Positions 7,974 to 17,479 are shown, counted from the first letter of the stretch. The stretch is DNA of 38,639 nt from Bacillales bacterium UBA4365 (GCA_002393905.1 DGSJ01000054.1:1-38639); one strand, 5' to 3'. Translations and numbers: made by a program. The notes: generated from the letters alone by a model not told the origin.

Positions 7974-10900
7974 TTATTTAACAGTACGTTTTTTGCGTTT
8001 TGCTAAAACGATTAATAACCAAGCAGTTGTTGCTTGAACTGCTAAAGTAGCAGCAGCGGCAACAATGAGGTATGGAGCTGGATTACTTCCAGCAACATGA
8101 GTTTCCACTAATCCATAAATGGATAAGTGGTTAGTAGTAAAGACCATGTAGTTACCGTCTCTTTCTCCTTCAAGACGGCTAACTTCACCAGCCTCGTTAA
8201 CATAGGCTAAGACAAGTTCATGATCCTTATAGGTATCAGGAACAAGAATACGGATGGTAAATTTAAAGTTTGGATCGATAATCTTTCCATCAGCATCAAC
8301 ATTGATGTGGGCAAGCGAACCATCAGCATTAAATAAATTAATGTCATATAGGACAGCAACATCAACTGTACCGGTCTTCACGATCTTACTAAAGTCATAT
8401 TTAGAAGCATCAGTAGCTTCAGCGTGTAAAGTGTAATCACCTTTAATACCACTACTTAATGAGACCCAGACAAGAGATGTACCGGCTTCATTTTGTTCAA
8501 CAGAGTAGAATTCACTACGAGTTGGAACTGGTGCGCCTTCGGCGATCTTCCAGACTAAGGTTAATTCGACTGATTCACGAATTTCACCATTATAAATGAG
8601 TTCATTTCCACTTGAGGTGTATAAACGAGCATAAGCAATGTATGTGCCTGGATCTTTAGCACTGGTTGTACCAGTGTACTCAACTTTAACACCGGTTGGG
8701 ACATCAATGACGCTCACCTTGTGGCTATTGCCATCATAGGTGAATGGGTTGGTGTAATCCCATGTGACGTTAGAAACGTCAATTCGGTGTAAAGTAATTT
8801 CCCAGTTAAATTCTTTTTGGTAGTTTGGATCAAGACGGTAGTTAGTATGATCGTATGAATACGAAACCTTGACAGTGTATTTGCCAACTTCGGTCGCACT
8901 ACGTGTCTTGCTATAGTTAACACCAGTAATTTCTTCTGGTAAGAGGTCTTCCTTGATAGAAACCGAGATTTCTTGTCCAGTGTATTCAAACTTATCTTGG
9001 ACAAGGCTCATGTCTGCTGGAATTTTAATGACTGCTCTTTCAATTTCCCAGCTTAAGTCACTAAAGTCAATACCTTTAAGTTCAGTTGTTTCTGGATTAT
9101 CAGCAACAATGTGGGCTACCGCTTTATAAGTGCCAGCGTTGGTCATCTCGTTGTCGGTGTATTCAACATGTACTCCTGCAGGAAGTTGTGATTCAACAAG
9201 ATGGACACTTTGAGTTTGACCATTATAAGTAAATGGTCCTTGGTAATCCCAAATGATATCTTCTTGGTGAACAATGATTAGTTGTTTGCCAATGCTCCAA
9301 TGATATTGACCATCATTTGGTGCGCTCCAAACATAGTTTTCTGGATCGTTTAATTCAATGTCAACGACATAGTCGCCTGGCATTGATTCTTTCACATCAC
9401 CAGTTCCATGGAAAGCGAGTTCATCTTCACTAGTTGCTCCAAAGGAGGTGTAGTAATCGTGTTCGATTCCATCATAAATCATTTCTTCAGTTTGTGTTGG
9501 GAAATCAACGACAACTTGGTCGATTGTCACAACAATCTCTTCTTGTTTGACTCCGTCAACAACACAGTAATATGTTCCGCTATCCTTGTGGTTTTTCACA
9601 GTGATGGAGGATTCAGTTTGATCAGTTAATAAGACACCATCTTTGTACCACACAAATGAATATTGATGATTCATTTCGATGTTTGGTGTCACTTCAATGG
9701 TGGATTCTAATCCATCATAAGTTTTACTCACATCTGCGCTAGTTGTGAACCAAACTGGGTATGCATCTACGTCATGAGCAGGCATGAGGTAGAGATATTC
9801 GTATGAAGCATCACTAAGTTGTTCGGCCCAGCCAACAATATTGTGGAGCTGACCACCTTCATAAACAGTTTCACGGTTAGCAAAGAATGGAGCTTCCACA
9901 TCAATTGGAAGAGCACCGGTCTTCACTTCACCAGCAACGTGGTAAGAAATACGATATAAATCGTGTCCAGTGAATGTTAAATCAAAGCTTAATGATTCTG
10001 GAAGTTTATCAAAGAATGCTGAAAGTAAATCGGCAATCTTTGGACCAATCTTTGGAATCTTACGAACGAGTTTGGTGATATTAAAGGTAAAATCACCAGA
10101 GCCGGCCCATACGCTATCGCCAACATAATAATCCATTAAGGATTTTTGACGGTATCTTTCTGGGACATGGGCATAGAGTTTTTCGAGTAATCTTTGGAAA
10201 CGATTGTAGTACGAGGTAACTTTCGCGTTTTCTAAGTATTCATCAATCTTGTCGTTGACACGGTTATTAAATTCTTCAGATGTGTATTCACTTAATAAAT
10301 CGTGTAAATCTTGAGCATTATAGTTACGATCAGCAATCTTCTTAAGAAGTTTTTGAGCTTTTTCATAGATTTGGTTGATCTTGTCCTTCATGTCTTCAGG
10401 AATTTTGTAGAACTTATCAACGAGTTCATAAACTTTTTCAATATCAAGTTCGGCGCCTTTATTAATGGCTTTGAAAAGAAGATCGATAAATTTATCGACT
10501 CTTTCTTGAGTCACAAAACTGCTGATACCGAAGAATTTTTTAATTTCGTCTGCCGAAATAATTGATTCAGCAAGCATGTGGTAATCAACTTGAGCAGCGT
10601 TTTCTTCTAAATCATAGATGGTCTTAGCGTGAACATGTTCATAGGCTTCATCAACTGTGGAGAAGGCTAAGTCAAATAATTCATGCTTTAAGTCATCATC
10701 AAAGATGTCGCTTTCAATCACATAACGATACATGTTCGCTAAGAAGTTTGGCATATCAATGCTCACGACATAGCGACCATCAACTTCGCTAATCTTCACA
10801 TGGTCATCTAAGATGCCAGCAAGTTTACGAAGATATTTACAATTTCCTTTGAATCCGAAATTGACATCAAGAGTCACGGCTTCAACAGAGGTATCTAAAA

Positions 10901-12191
10901 CAATGTGGAAGTTATGTCTCCACTTGCTATCCTCAAGGTTACGAAGTTTATTAAGTGAGGCGGTTTTGCCGAGTAATTCAACAATACCATCCCATTGGAA
11001 TACTTTGTCCTTCATGATGAGAATTTCATCAATGTGGATGTTCTTAATCGCATTCCAAACGTCTTTAGCCTTAGTTAATTTAGTAACTTCTTCAATAAAA
11101 TCAGTTTTATCAAAGTCGTTAACGTATTGAATGATTTCACGTGTTTTATCAACACCGATATCACCAGCAATTTCAATGAATGTGGAAATACCAATGTTTT
11201 CTAACATGTCATTTAAATCAGTTCCAGTAAAGTCAATTTCACGAAGGATCGCTTGAATAACTTTTGTTGGGCAGTTAGCAAAGAAATTCTTGATTTCACC
11301 TTTACTGGCATTATTGACAACTTCAAGAATGGCGTTCTTAGCGCTTGTTCCGCCTATGGTGGCTAATAAGTCACGAACACCAGTTTCATGTGTTTGAGTT
11401 GGATCATCTTGAACAAGAAGAAGCATCGCGCTAATGTGATTCAAATTAATTTGGAATGAATCAGAAATAATTTGTTCACCAGCGAAATGGAATTGGGCGT
11501 ATGTTTGATTAATTGTTGCGTTAAATGGACTATAGGTTCTAAAAGCAAGTAGGGTACAGAAGTCATTTAAGACATTTGCACGAACTTCGCTAGTGTTCTC
11601 TAATCCATTACGTTTAATGTATTCTTGGACATAGAAGTAGGCATAACCAGTCACGACTTGTTCAGTTACTTGAGCAAGTTCGTGTCCACCACCATCAACT
11701 TGAGTGTAATCAAGGATCATTTCTTGATAGACACTTAATGTACGATAGGTGTTTTCTTCATAGACCATTTGTGGGTTACCTGGTTCAATTGGACCAGTGT
11801 AAGCTTGGACTGGATGGCCTTCTTGACCGCCTTTACCGTCAACGGAAGATGTGTCGACGTCTGTTTCTACTTCAGATAGTTCAGTAATTTTTGTATGGAC
11901 AATATCCTTAAGAATTTCCTTTATGGAATTTTTTAATTCATCTAAGTTTTTCTTACGGAAGTTTTTGTATACTCTTGGATTGGCGTTGAATAAAAGTTCG
12001 ATGGAGTGATCACCAGTCTTACGAATGGTGTACATCTCGTTGTCAACATCGTATTCAGATTCGTCAAGAGTAGTTCCTTCAGCACTTACTGGTTTAACGT
12101 CGTGTAAGTGACCGACTGAAAGACTGCACGCTAAAAGGGCAGGGAGAACAACAAATACTGTTCGTTTAAAAAACATACTAAACTTCTTCAT
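7974..12191 (-). CDS. Giant surface protein: signal peptide, helical N-terminal region of about 800 aa, five MBG/Ig-like repeats, C-terminal TM anchor
   Basis: ATG 12191 (MKKFSMFFKRTVFVVLPALLACS...); the ORF track start at 12209 is TTG. Five repeats of about 75 aa (roughly aa 826-1222, nt 8535-9752) share F/YxYxG...(V/I)..Y....(A/P)GxY. The C-terminus is a hydrophobic helix followed by KRKKRTVK. Confidence 0.8.
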   Translation of the reverse strand: MKKFSMFFKRTVFVVLPALLACSLSVGHLHDVKPVSAEGTTLDESEYDVDNEMYTIRKTGDHSIELLFNANPRVYKNFRKKNLDELKNSIKEILKDIVHTKITELSEVETDVDTSSVDGKGGQEGHPVQAYTGPIEPGNPQMVYEENTYRTLSVYQEMILDYTQVDGGGHELAQVTEQVVTGYAYFYVQEYIKRNGLENTSEVRANVLNDFCTLLAFRTYSPFNATINQTYAQFHFAGEQIISDSFQINLNHISAMLLLVQDDPTQTHETGVRDLLATIGGTSAKNAILEVVNNASKGEIKNFFANCPTKVIQAILREIDFTGTDLNDMLENIGISTFIEIAGDIGVDKTREIIQYVNDFDKTDFIEEVTKLTKAKDVWNAIKNIHIDEILIMKDKVFQWDGIVELLGKTASLNKLRNLEDSKWRHNFHIVLDTSVEAVTLDVNFGFKGNCKYLRKLAGILDDHVKISEVDGRYVVSIDMPNFLANMYRYVIESDIFDDDLKHELFDLAFSTVDEAYEHVHAKTIYDLEENAAQVDYHMLAESIISADEIKKFFGISSFVTQERVDKFIDLLFKAINKGAELDIEKVYELVDKFYKIPEDMKDKINQIYEKAQKLLKKIADRNYNAQDLHDLLSEYTSEEFNNRVNDKIDEYLENAKVTSYYNRFQRLLEKLYAHVPERYRQKSLMDYYVGDSVWAGSGDFTFNITKLVRKIPKIGPKIADLLSAFFDKLPESLSFDLTFTGHDLYRISYHVAGEVKTGALPIDVEAPFFANRETVYEGGQLHNIVGWAEQLSDASYEYLYLMPAHDVDAYPVWFTTSADVSKTYDGLESTIEVTPNIEMNHQYSFVWYKDGVLLTDQTESSITVKNHKDSGTYYCVVDGVKQEEIVVTIDQVVVDFPTQTEEMIYDGIEHDYYTSFGATSEDELAFHGTGDVKESMPGDYVVDIELNDPENYVWSAPNDGQYHWSIGKQLIIVHQEDIIWDYQGPFTYNGQTQSVHLVESQLPAGVHVEYTDNEMTNAGTYKAVAHIVADNPETTELKGIDFSDLSWEIERAVIKIPADMSLVQDKFEYTGQEISVSIKEDLLPEEITGVNYSKTRSATEVGKYTVKVSYSYDHTNYRLDPNYQKEFNWEITLHRIDVSNVTWDYTNPFTYDGNSHKVSVIDVPTGVKVEYTGTTSAKDPGTYIAYARLYTSSGNELIYNGEIRESVELTLVWKIAEGAPVPTRSEFYSVEQNEAGTSLVWVSLSSGIKGDYTLHAEATDASKYDFSKIVKTGTVDVAVLYDINLFNADGSLAHINVDADGKIIDPNFKFTIRILVPDTYKDHELVLAYVNEAGEVSRLEGERDGNYMVFTTNHLSIYGLVETHVAGSNPAPYLIVAAAATLAVQATTAWLLIVLAKRKKRTVK

Positions 12192-12233
12192 AGTTATAAT
12201 TATATACAAAGATATAATTTAATAAATAGAAAT

Positions 12234-15200
12234 TTAATGTTTAATTATTTTTCTAAAAATAAAGAATAATCCAACTGCGAGGCCAACGGAGAGGCCACCA
12301 ACAGCAACATAGCCAGCGATTTCAACAGCTTTAGAAGTCTTTCTTTCACTCTTTTGCTGACGTTCAACTTTAATAAATTCTGCACGTAAAACAGTGTCGC
12401 TTGTCACGGAGATTGAATCAGCACTAATTCCCCAACCTGTAAAGAGGTATTCATAGGTCTCATCGCCCACTTTTTTGATGTAGGTTGGAAGGGTGATTGT
12501 GTCACCGTAGTTCACTCGATATGATGCATACAATGCATCATCAACATAGAGTTCTAATGAATATTGAAGCCTTGTACAAACAAAGTTAATGATGACGTCA
12601 TCTGATGGCATAACAAAGTTATTTTCAGCGTCAATTACCACCGCACTTCCGCCTCTTGTACGAGCGATCATGTACTCGAGTTTATAACCTTTTTGAACAG
12701 TATATTCGATATGAACTGTCTCACCAACTTGACCACCTTTTTTCGATAGACTAACGTCAACAGAACTTGAGGCACTAACTAAGACAGAATAGGCTGGAAT
12801 AACTTCGTAAGTAAGATTAATTTGTGCTCTAAATTGCACTAATCCATCGGATAAAGAAGCGTTTACTTCTTCGCCGTCAAGATAGACTTGAGAATGAAGG
12901 TAATCGACATTTTTATTGATTGTGACTTCAGGATAGAAATCTGGAATTAAAACATCATTTCCATTTTCATCTTTAACAACAATTTCAATCGAATAATGAC
13001 GATTTGATAAATCAAGGAATTCAATTCCGATGGTTTTTGCATGACGCATGATTAAATATTTGACTTGGGTTGAAGTTAAAGTAACTTCTCCATCGTTAAA
13101 CATTAATCGAAGCGGACAAACACTCAGGTCTCCTTGACCCATCATTGTTAAAAGATAGGAAAGATCAACTTCGTTTAAATGAGAGAGCGCGGCATCAACT
13201 TTTAAGGTTTCTCCAACATAGTTGTAGTAGATTCCACCACCAATGTAAGGAGTTTTTGTGTAAGTGGCGATGTAACTAGTACCACTCTTGGTCCATCCAG
13301 TAATGTCGTAATGGTAAAAACCATTAGAGTAGGTTGATGGTTTATCGATTTCTTCGCCTGGTAAATATTGACCAGTCAGAATAATTGTTTGGCCATCAAT
13401 CTTTAATAAGATTTCTGGATAAGCATGGTTGACATAGGTTGCTTTAATGGTACGGTTTGATGTCGCTGTTCCTAAAGCTTGGTCAAATGTGAAGACACTA
13501 TAGTATTGTTCTCCACGAATTGGATCAGGAATGTTTCCTTTATAGGTCACGGTTTCTCCCGCGAGATATTTTTCTTTAGAAATCTCACCAAGAATGTTCC
13601 ATGTAATCGTGTAATATTTATCAAACGAAGCGTGATAGGTTGTCTCTTTTGTGACTATGTGAAGACCTGGAAGAGTTTCTCCTTCTTCCATCCAACTATT
13701 AATCACATAAGTTGTGCCATCTTCAAGTTCGAATGTTTTTGGAGCATTTGGATCGTAGTTTTCTTTTTCTTTTTTGTGGATCAGATTTCCATCAATTTCG
13801 TAGGTAATATCAAAGATATCGTATTCTTTAAATACTGCTGTATAGGTTTCAGCTGAGTCAACTTCTTCTAAAGAAGGAGACCAACAATCGAAGACATAAT
13901 AATGCTCATCAGTCTCTTCCTTCTTTGGAGCTTTTGGAGCACTTGGAATACTTCCAGAAGTAACATTCGTTGTTAATGTTTCATCTGGATAGACCCAGGT
14001 GATTTCATAACGTTGACGATCACCAGTGTCAAAGACAGGGTAGAGGTTTATTGATTCAGAGATTGTTCGTAAATCAACTGGGTTTGCACTATTATCAGAC
14101 CAATAGTCAAAGAAATATTCGATGAAATATTCGTCTCCTGGTTTATATGGAACTTCAAATTCGTAGTTCACTCCGGTTCCAGTAAAGAAGACAAAGTGAG
14201 ATGGATGATCTTGATAATCTCTAAAGATAACGACTTTATCTTGGTTAAGATTAACTTCACGACTTCCATTAATGGAAATCTTGACTGATTGAGTGAGAGG
14301 TTCTTTTTCATGAACTTTATCATTTCGATAAGCATCTAGTAGGTCAGAATAAATCTCTCCTTCTAAAATGGAAGGGTAATCTGGCGCAACAGCGCTTGGA
14401 TCATATGGAATTGGTTCAAGAACTTCTTCTGGAGCAGTTGGTTCACTAACCTCCGCTGGAGCAACTGGTTTTTGGACAATTGTTGGTTCAACTGGAACTG
14501 GTAATGTTGGAGGTTCTGGAATTAATACAACTTGTTTAGTTGGTAGAATTCCGGATGATGGGGTTGCCGTCATGCTTGTATTAATAAAGTCATAACCTTT
14601 TAACCAAGTTAAATAAGTTGATCCTTCGATTTGGAAATTTTCATCTAAGATTTGTGCTCCTGGTTTAGACATGTCACCTTTTCCAGTGACTGGATTAAAG
14701 GCTTCGTAGTTATAAATCGGAGTATCACAAACAGCGTTAGCAAAATAAATCAGTTGAAAAAGAAGGGTATAGAATTGCGGGAGTTTCCCACGATCTTTAG
14801 CGACGTTTTTAACTGATTCATATCGACCAAGACGTTCTAATGAACGAAGTAGAACATTTGTATTTGATTTGATGTAGTTGTAGTTGATGTAATAGTAAGA
14901 ATAACGAGCTTCATCAGTTGTGAGTTCGTTATATTCTCTAAAGCAGGTTCTAAGTTTCACTGTGGCTGCATCCGCTGCATCAACTAGATCGGTTGGAACG
15001 CCTAAAACGGATAATTCATCTTTTCTAGCAAGAACAGAAGCAACAGTGTTACTAAGTAAATATTGTGCTAACGAAGAACTACGTTGAGTATCCTGCTCAT
15101 AAGCAGCCTGCATGGCGCTAAGTTGGTAACGAGAGTTCTCGTATTTAATGCCGAATTCTTGGTAGTCTTTGAGATTTTGTTCATGATTAGCTAGGTAATA

Positions 15201-16004
15201 AGCCCAATCTTCTTGGTTTTGTTTATAATTAGCAACATCGATTTCGTATTGAGCTTTGGCTTGTAAATATGCGTTATATTTAGCTAAATCTTCTTCATAT
15301 TTCGACTTGTTTACTAAGTAAGTCTCGTAGTTTTCTTTCTTGTTGAGATAGGATTGGTAATCTTCTAAGTATTTGTTATATTCAGCAAGTTGGCTGTCGT
15401 ATTCCAGTTCGCTTGTTGGTCTTCTGTTATAGTAAGCGAGATCATCAAGATATTGTTCATATGTATTATCTAAAGATAATGCCGCTTCATACGAGTCATT
15501 AATAAACGAGTTAAAAACTTGACTAGAGACATCAAGTTCAAGTTGGTAATTAATTTTCGCTTTTTCTAAACCAGTAGCAGCATCAAATTCCGCAACATAA
15601 AGTCCGTCATAGTTAACAAACGAAACATTAGTTTCTGCTTCAACAGTTAAAGGAATCCAAGTCCAGGTTCTTCCATTACCATCAAGGTAGGTTGACTCAT
15701 GAGCGAAAACATATTCTTTGTCCCCAATGCGAGATGTTTTAACATCATCTTCTAAGAAGGATTCCGAATATGTTAAAGATTTAGCTGAAGTTTCATTTAG
15801 ATAATTTACTTCGGATTGATCAAGTTCAATCCCACTTTTTGATAGTAGGTCACCAGCTTTTAAAATAGCTAGATGAGTTCCATCAGAATAATCAAAAAGT
15901 CCTTCCGCATTTCCTATGGAGAGGCTGGAAGTAGAAAGCGCTAGCGGAAGCGCACAAGCTAGTATGCTTAACGAATAAACGAATCTAAAGCGGGACTTAT
16001 TCAT
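12234..16004 (-). CDS. Giant surface protein: signal peptide, Tyr-heptad coiled coil, globular insert, Pro-rich segment, Listeria-Bacteroides (Flg_new-like) repeats, C-terminal TM anchor
   Basis: Signal peptide MNKSRFRFVYSLSILACALPLALS. Tyr-heptad region aa 170-305. Pro-rich PEPPTLPVPVEPTIVQKPVAPAEVSEPTAPEEVLEPIPYDP at aa 495-545. Repeats of the type Y.ItW......v..G...P..P......Y.F..W aa 595-920 and 1147-1213. The C-terminal helix is followed by FRKIIKH. Confidence 0.8.
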   Translation of the reverse strand: MNKSRFRFVYSLSILACALPLALSTSSLSIGNAEGLFDYSDGTHLAILKAGDLLSKSGIELDQSEVNYLNETSAKSLTYSESFLEDDVKTSRIGDKEYVFAHESTYLDGNGRTWTWIPLTVEAETNVSFVNYDGLYVAEFDAATGLEKAKINYQLELDVSSQVFNSFINDSYEAALSLDNTYEQYLDDLAYYNRRPTSELEYDSQLAEYNKYLEDYQSYLNKKENYETYLVNKSKYEEDLAKYNAYLQAKAQYEIDVANYKQNQEDWAYYLANHEQNLKDYQEFGIKYENSRYQLSAMQAAYEQDTQRSSSLAQYLLSNTVASVLARKDELSVLGVPTDLVDAADAATVKLRTCFREYNELTTDEARYSYYYINYNYIKSNTNVLLRSLERLGRYESVKNVAKDRGKLPQFYTLLFQLIYFANAVCDTPIYNYEAFNPVTGKGDMSKPGAQILDENFQIEGSTYLTWLKGYDFINTSMTATPSSGILPTKQVVLIPEPPTLPVPVEPTIVQKPVAPAEVSEPTAPEEVLEPIPYDPSAVAPDYPSILEGEIYSDLLDAYRNDKVHEKEPLTQSVKISINGSREVNLNQDKVVIFRDYQDHPSHFVFFTGTGVNYEFEVPYKPGDEYFIEYFFDYWSDNSANPVDLRTISESINLYPVFDTGDRQRYEITWVYPDETLTTNVTSGSIPSAPKAPKKEETDEHYYVFDCWSPSLEEVDSAETYTAVFKEYDIFDITYEIDGNLIHKKEKENYDPNAPKTFELEDGTTYVINSWMEEGETLPGLHIVTKETTYHASFDKYYTITWNILGEISKEKYLAGETVTYKGNIPDPIRGEQYYSVFTFDQALGTATSNRTIKATYVNHAYPEILLKIDGQTIILTGQYLPGEEIDKPSTYSNGFYHYDITGWTKSGTSYIATYTKTPYIGGGIYYNYVGETLKVDAALSHLNEVDLSYLLTMMGQGDLSVCPLRLMFNDGEVTLTSTQVKYLIMRHAKTIGIEFLDLSNRHYSIEIVVKDENGNDVLIPDFYPEVTINKNVDYLHSQVYLDGEEVNASLSDGLVQFRAQINLTYEVIPAYSVLVSASSSVDVSLSKKGGQVGETVHIEYTVQKGYKLEYMIARTRGGSAVVIDAENNFVMPSDDVIINFVCTRLQYSLELYVDDALYASYRVNYGDTITLPTYIKKVGDETYEYLFTGWGISADSISVTSDTVLRAEFIKVERQQKSERKTSKAVEIAGYVAVGGLSVGLAVGLFFIFRKIIKH

Positions 16005-16049
16005 TACTTTACTATTATGAGTGATTGGGACTTAAATTACAATTTAAAC

Positions 16050-16083
16050 AAAAAAGAAAAGGTGAGCAACAACTCACCTTTTT
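16050..16083. terminator. Rho-independent terminator (bidirectional form)
   Basis: GGTGAG-caacaa-CTCACC hairpin extended by A/T pairs, flanked by an A-run and a T-run. Lies 19 nt downstream of the stop at 16102. Confidence 0.7.
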
Positions 16084-16101
16084 GCTTGTAATTAATTTAG
16101 C

Positions 16102-17385
16102 TTAGGCTAATTCTTTGGCCCAGTTATGAGCTTCGACTTCGCCTTGGACTAAGCCATCTTTTGCAGCAGCGTCAGCAATTAATTGTTTTGCACGACGAAC
16201 TGAAAGTTCGGATTTGACTTTGAAGACAAGTGGAATTTCTTTGTAAAGACCCTTGTTAGAAGCATCACCGATTGGGAAGGTGCTATCCTTGTAGTCTTTT
16301 GGATCAAGAGCAAAGTAGAGTTTTAATGCTTTACCGGCAACAACCATCTTGACATAAGTCTTGGTATGGAGACGGAAAGTATCACCACTATTGGAAACAC
16401 GGGACTTAATACCATAAGAGAGAATTTCACTCTTAAGTTCATTGTAGTGTTCTTTGAGTTCTTTTTCGGCTTTGCCTAAACGTTCTGAGAAAGAAATTCT
16501 TTCGAATGGTTCAGCAGCTTTTGGTGCTGGTGCAACTGGAGCTGGATCTGGTTTTGGTTCTGGCTTTGGCTCTGGTTTTGGTTGTGGAGCAACTGGAGCT
16601 GGAGCTGGTTTTTCAATCACGCGTTCAACGACAACAACCTTCTTTTCGACTGGTTGTTCGCCACGGCGTTTTCTAAAAATTGGTAATTCGTTGATGAGGT
16701 TTTCATAGTAATCATCATTACTATCCTCATGACGACGTTTTAAATTGAGCTTGTCATCATAAACTGACATATCGATATCCTCCTTAAGAATTGCGTTACG
16801 TTTTTCATCGTAGACGTCTTGAGCTTCTTCGCGAGCCATTTTGCGAATTTCGTCTTCTTCAGCACTTCTTTCGTTAGCGCGAGATTCAAGCGATTGCAAG
16901 ATATCGCTGTAAGCACAAAGTGTGGTAAAGAGCACACCAAAGAAGCAGAATGCTAATGAAGCGGCAACAAAGGCTTTTCCAATAAGTCCACCATCAATGG
17001 CAAAGACTTGTTTTAAAGCAGATTGACTACCATCAACGGTAACTAATAATCCGCAAAGTGCAAAGGCATTTACTAAAAGTAAAACAAAGCTAACACCGAA
17101 CCAAATGAATGATTTCCATTTCTTGCGGATGATAATGACGATGAGCCACCAAATGTAGCACACCACAAACAGAGCAAAGATGATAAAGAATACCAAATAT
17201 TTGCCACTGTCAAATGCAAATGAAAATAATGTTTTTGCTCCGCCAAGTAAGGCTGTTGCGCCAGAATAAATTGCGGCAACTTCGCTAACTAAAATTGGAG
17301 CAAGGAAGAAGAACAACAATGCGAATACAAAAAATGCAGCTGCAATCGCAAAAGAGATGATCTTCATTTTTGATTTAACTTCCAT
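16102..17385 (-). CDS. Polytopic membrane protein with charged linker, PEPKPEPKP proline-rich spacer and an unassigned C-terminal domain of about 130 aa
   Basis: ORF trimmed to ATG 17385 (MEVKSKMKIISF...) with GGGAGGA upstream. About 6 predicted TM helices, then an acidic/basic helix, a Pro-rich tract, and a conserved-looking soluble tail (ISFSERLGKAEKELKEHYNELKSEILSYGIKSRVS...). Confidence 0.6.
   Translation of the reverse strand: MEVKSKMKIISFAIAAAFFVFALLFFFLAPILVSEVAAIYSGATALLGGAKTLFSFAFDSGKYLVFFIIFALFVVCYIWWLIVIIIRKKWKSFIWFGVSFVLLLVNAFALCGLLVTVDGSQSALKQVFAIDGGLIGKAFVAASLAFCFFGVLFTTLCAYSDILQSLESRANERSAEEDEIRKMAREEAQDVYDEKRNAILKEDIDMSVYDDKLNLKRRHEDSNDDYYENLINELPIFRKRRGEQPVEKKVVVVERVIEKPAPAPVAPQPKPEPKPEPKPDPAPVAPAPKAAEPFERISFSERLGKAEKELKEHYNELKSEILSYGIKSRVSNSGDTFRLHTKTYVKMVVAGKALKLYFALDPKDYKDSTFPIGDASNKGLYKEIPLVFKVKSELSVRRAKQLIADAAAKDGLVQGEVEAHNWAKELA
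16532..16603 (-). repeat. 15-nt direct repeat flanking the PEPK-coding tract
   Basis: GCAACTGGAGCTGGA occurs at 16532-16546 and 16589-16603, 57 nt (19 codons) apart. The copies bracket imperfect 12-nt units GGTTTTGGTTCT / GGCTTTGGCTCT / GGTTTTGGTTGT. Confidence 0.7.
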
Positions 17386-17479
17386 AATTTTCCTCCCGTT
17401 GCTCATATTGTAGAACAATAGAAAAATAAATTAAAGAATATTTTTAAAAAATAATTGAGTTTTGCTGGGAATTTTGAAT

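Noticed and set aside
8254-13856. Antisense or out-of-frame ORFs inside the giant surface-protein genes, for example 8254..8436, 8714..9004, 9408..9629, 10311..10565, 10813..11130 and 13479..13856.
   Set aside because: They are fully embedded in long, well-supported minus-strand CDSs. Their translations are low complexity, with no ribosome-binding sites. These are the expected chance ORFs in AT-rich DNA.
16513-16612. Short tandem 12-nt units (GGTTTTGGTTCT-like) considered as a CRISPR array or non-coding minisatellite.
   Set aside because: They lie in frame within a CDS and encode PEPKPEPKP. There are no spacer-like unique segments. They are reported only as a coding repeat.
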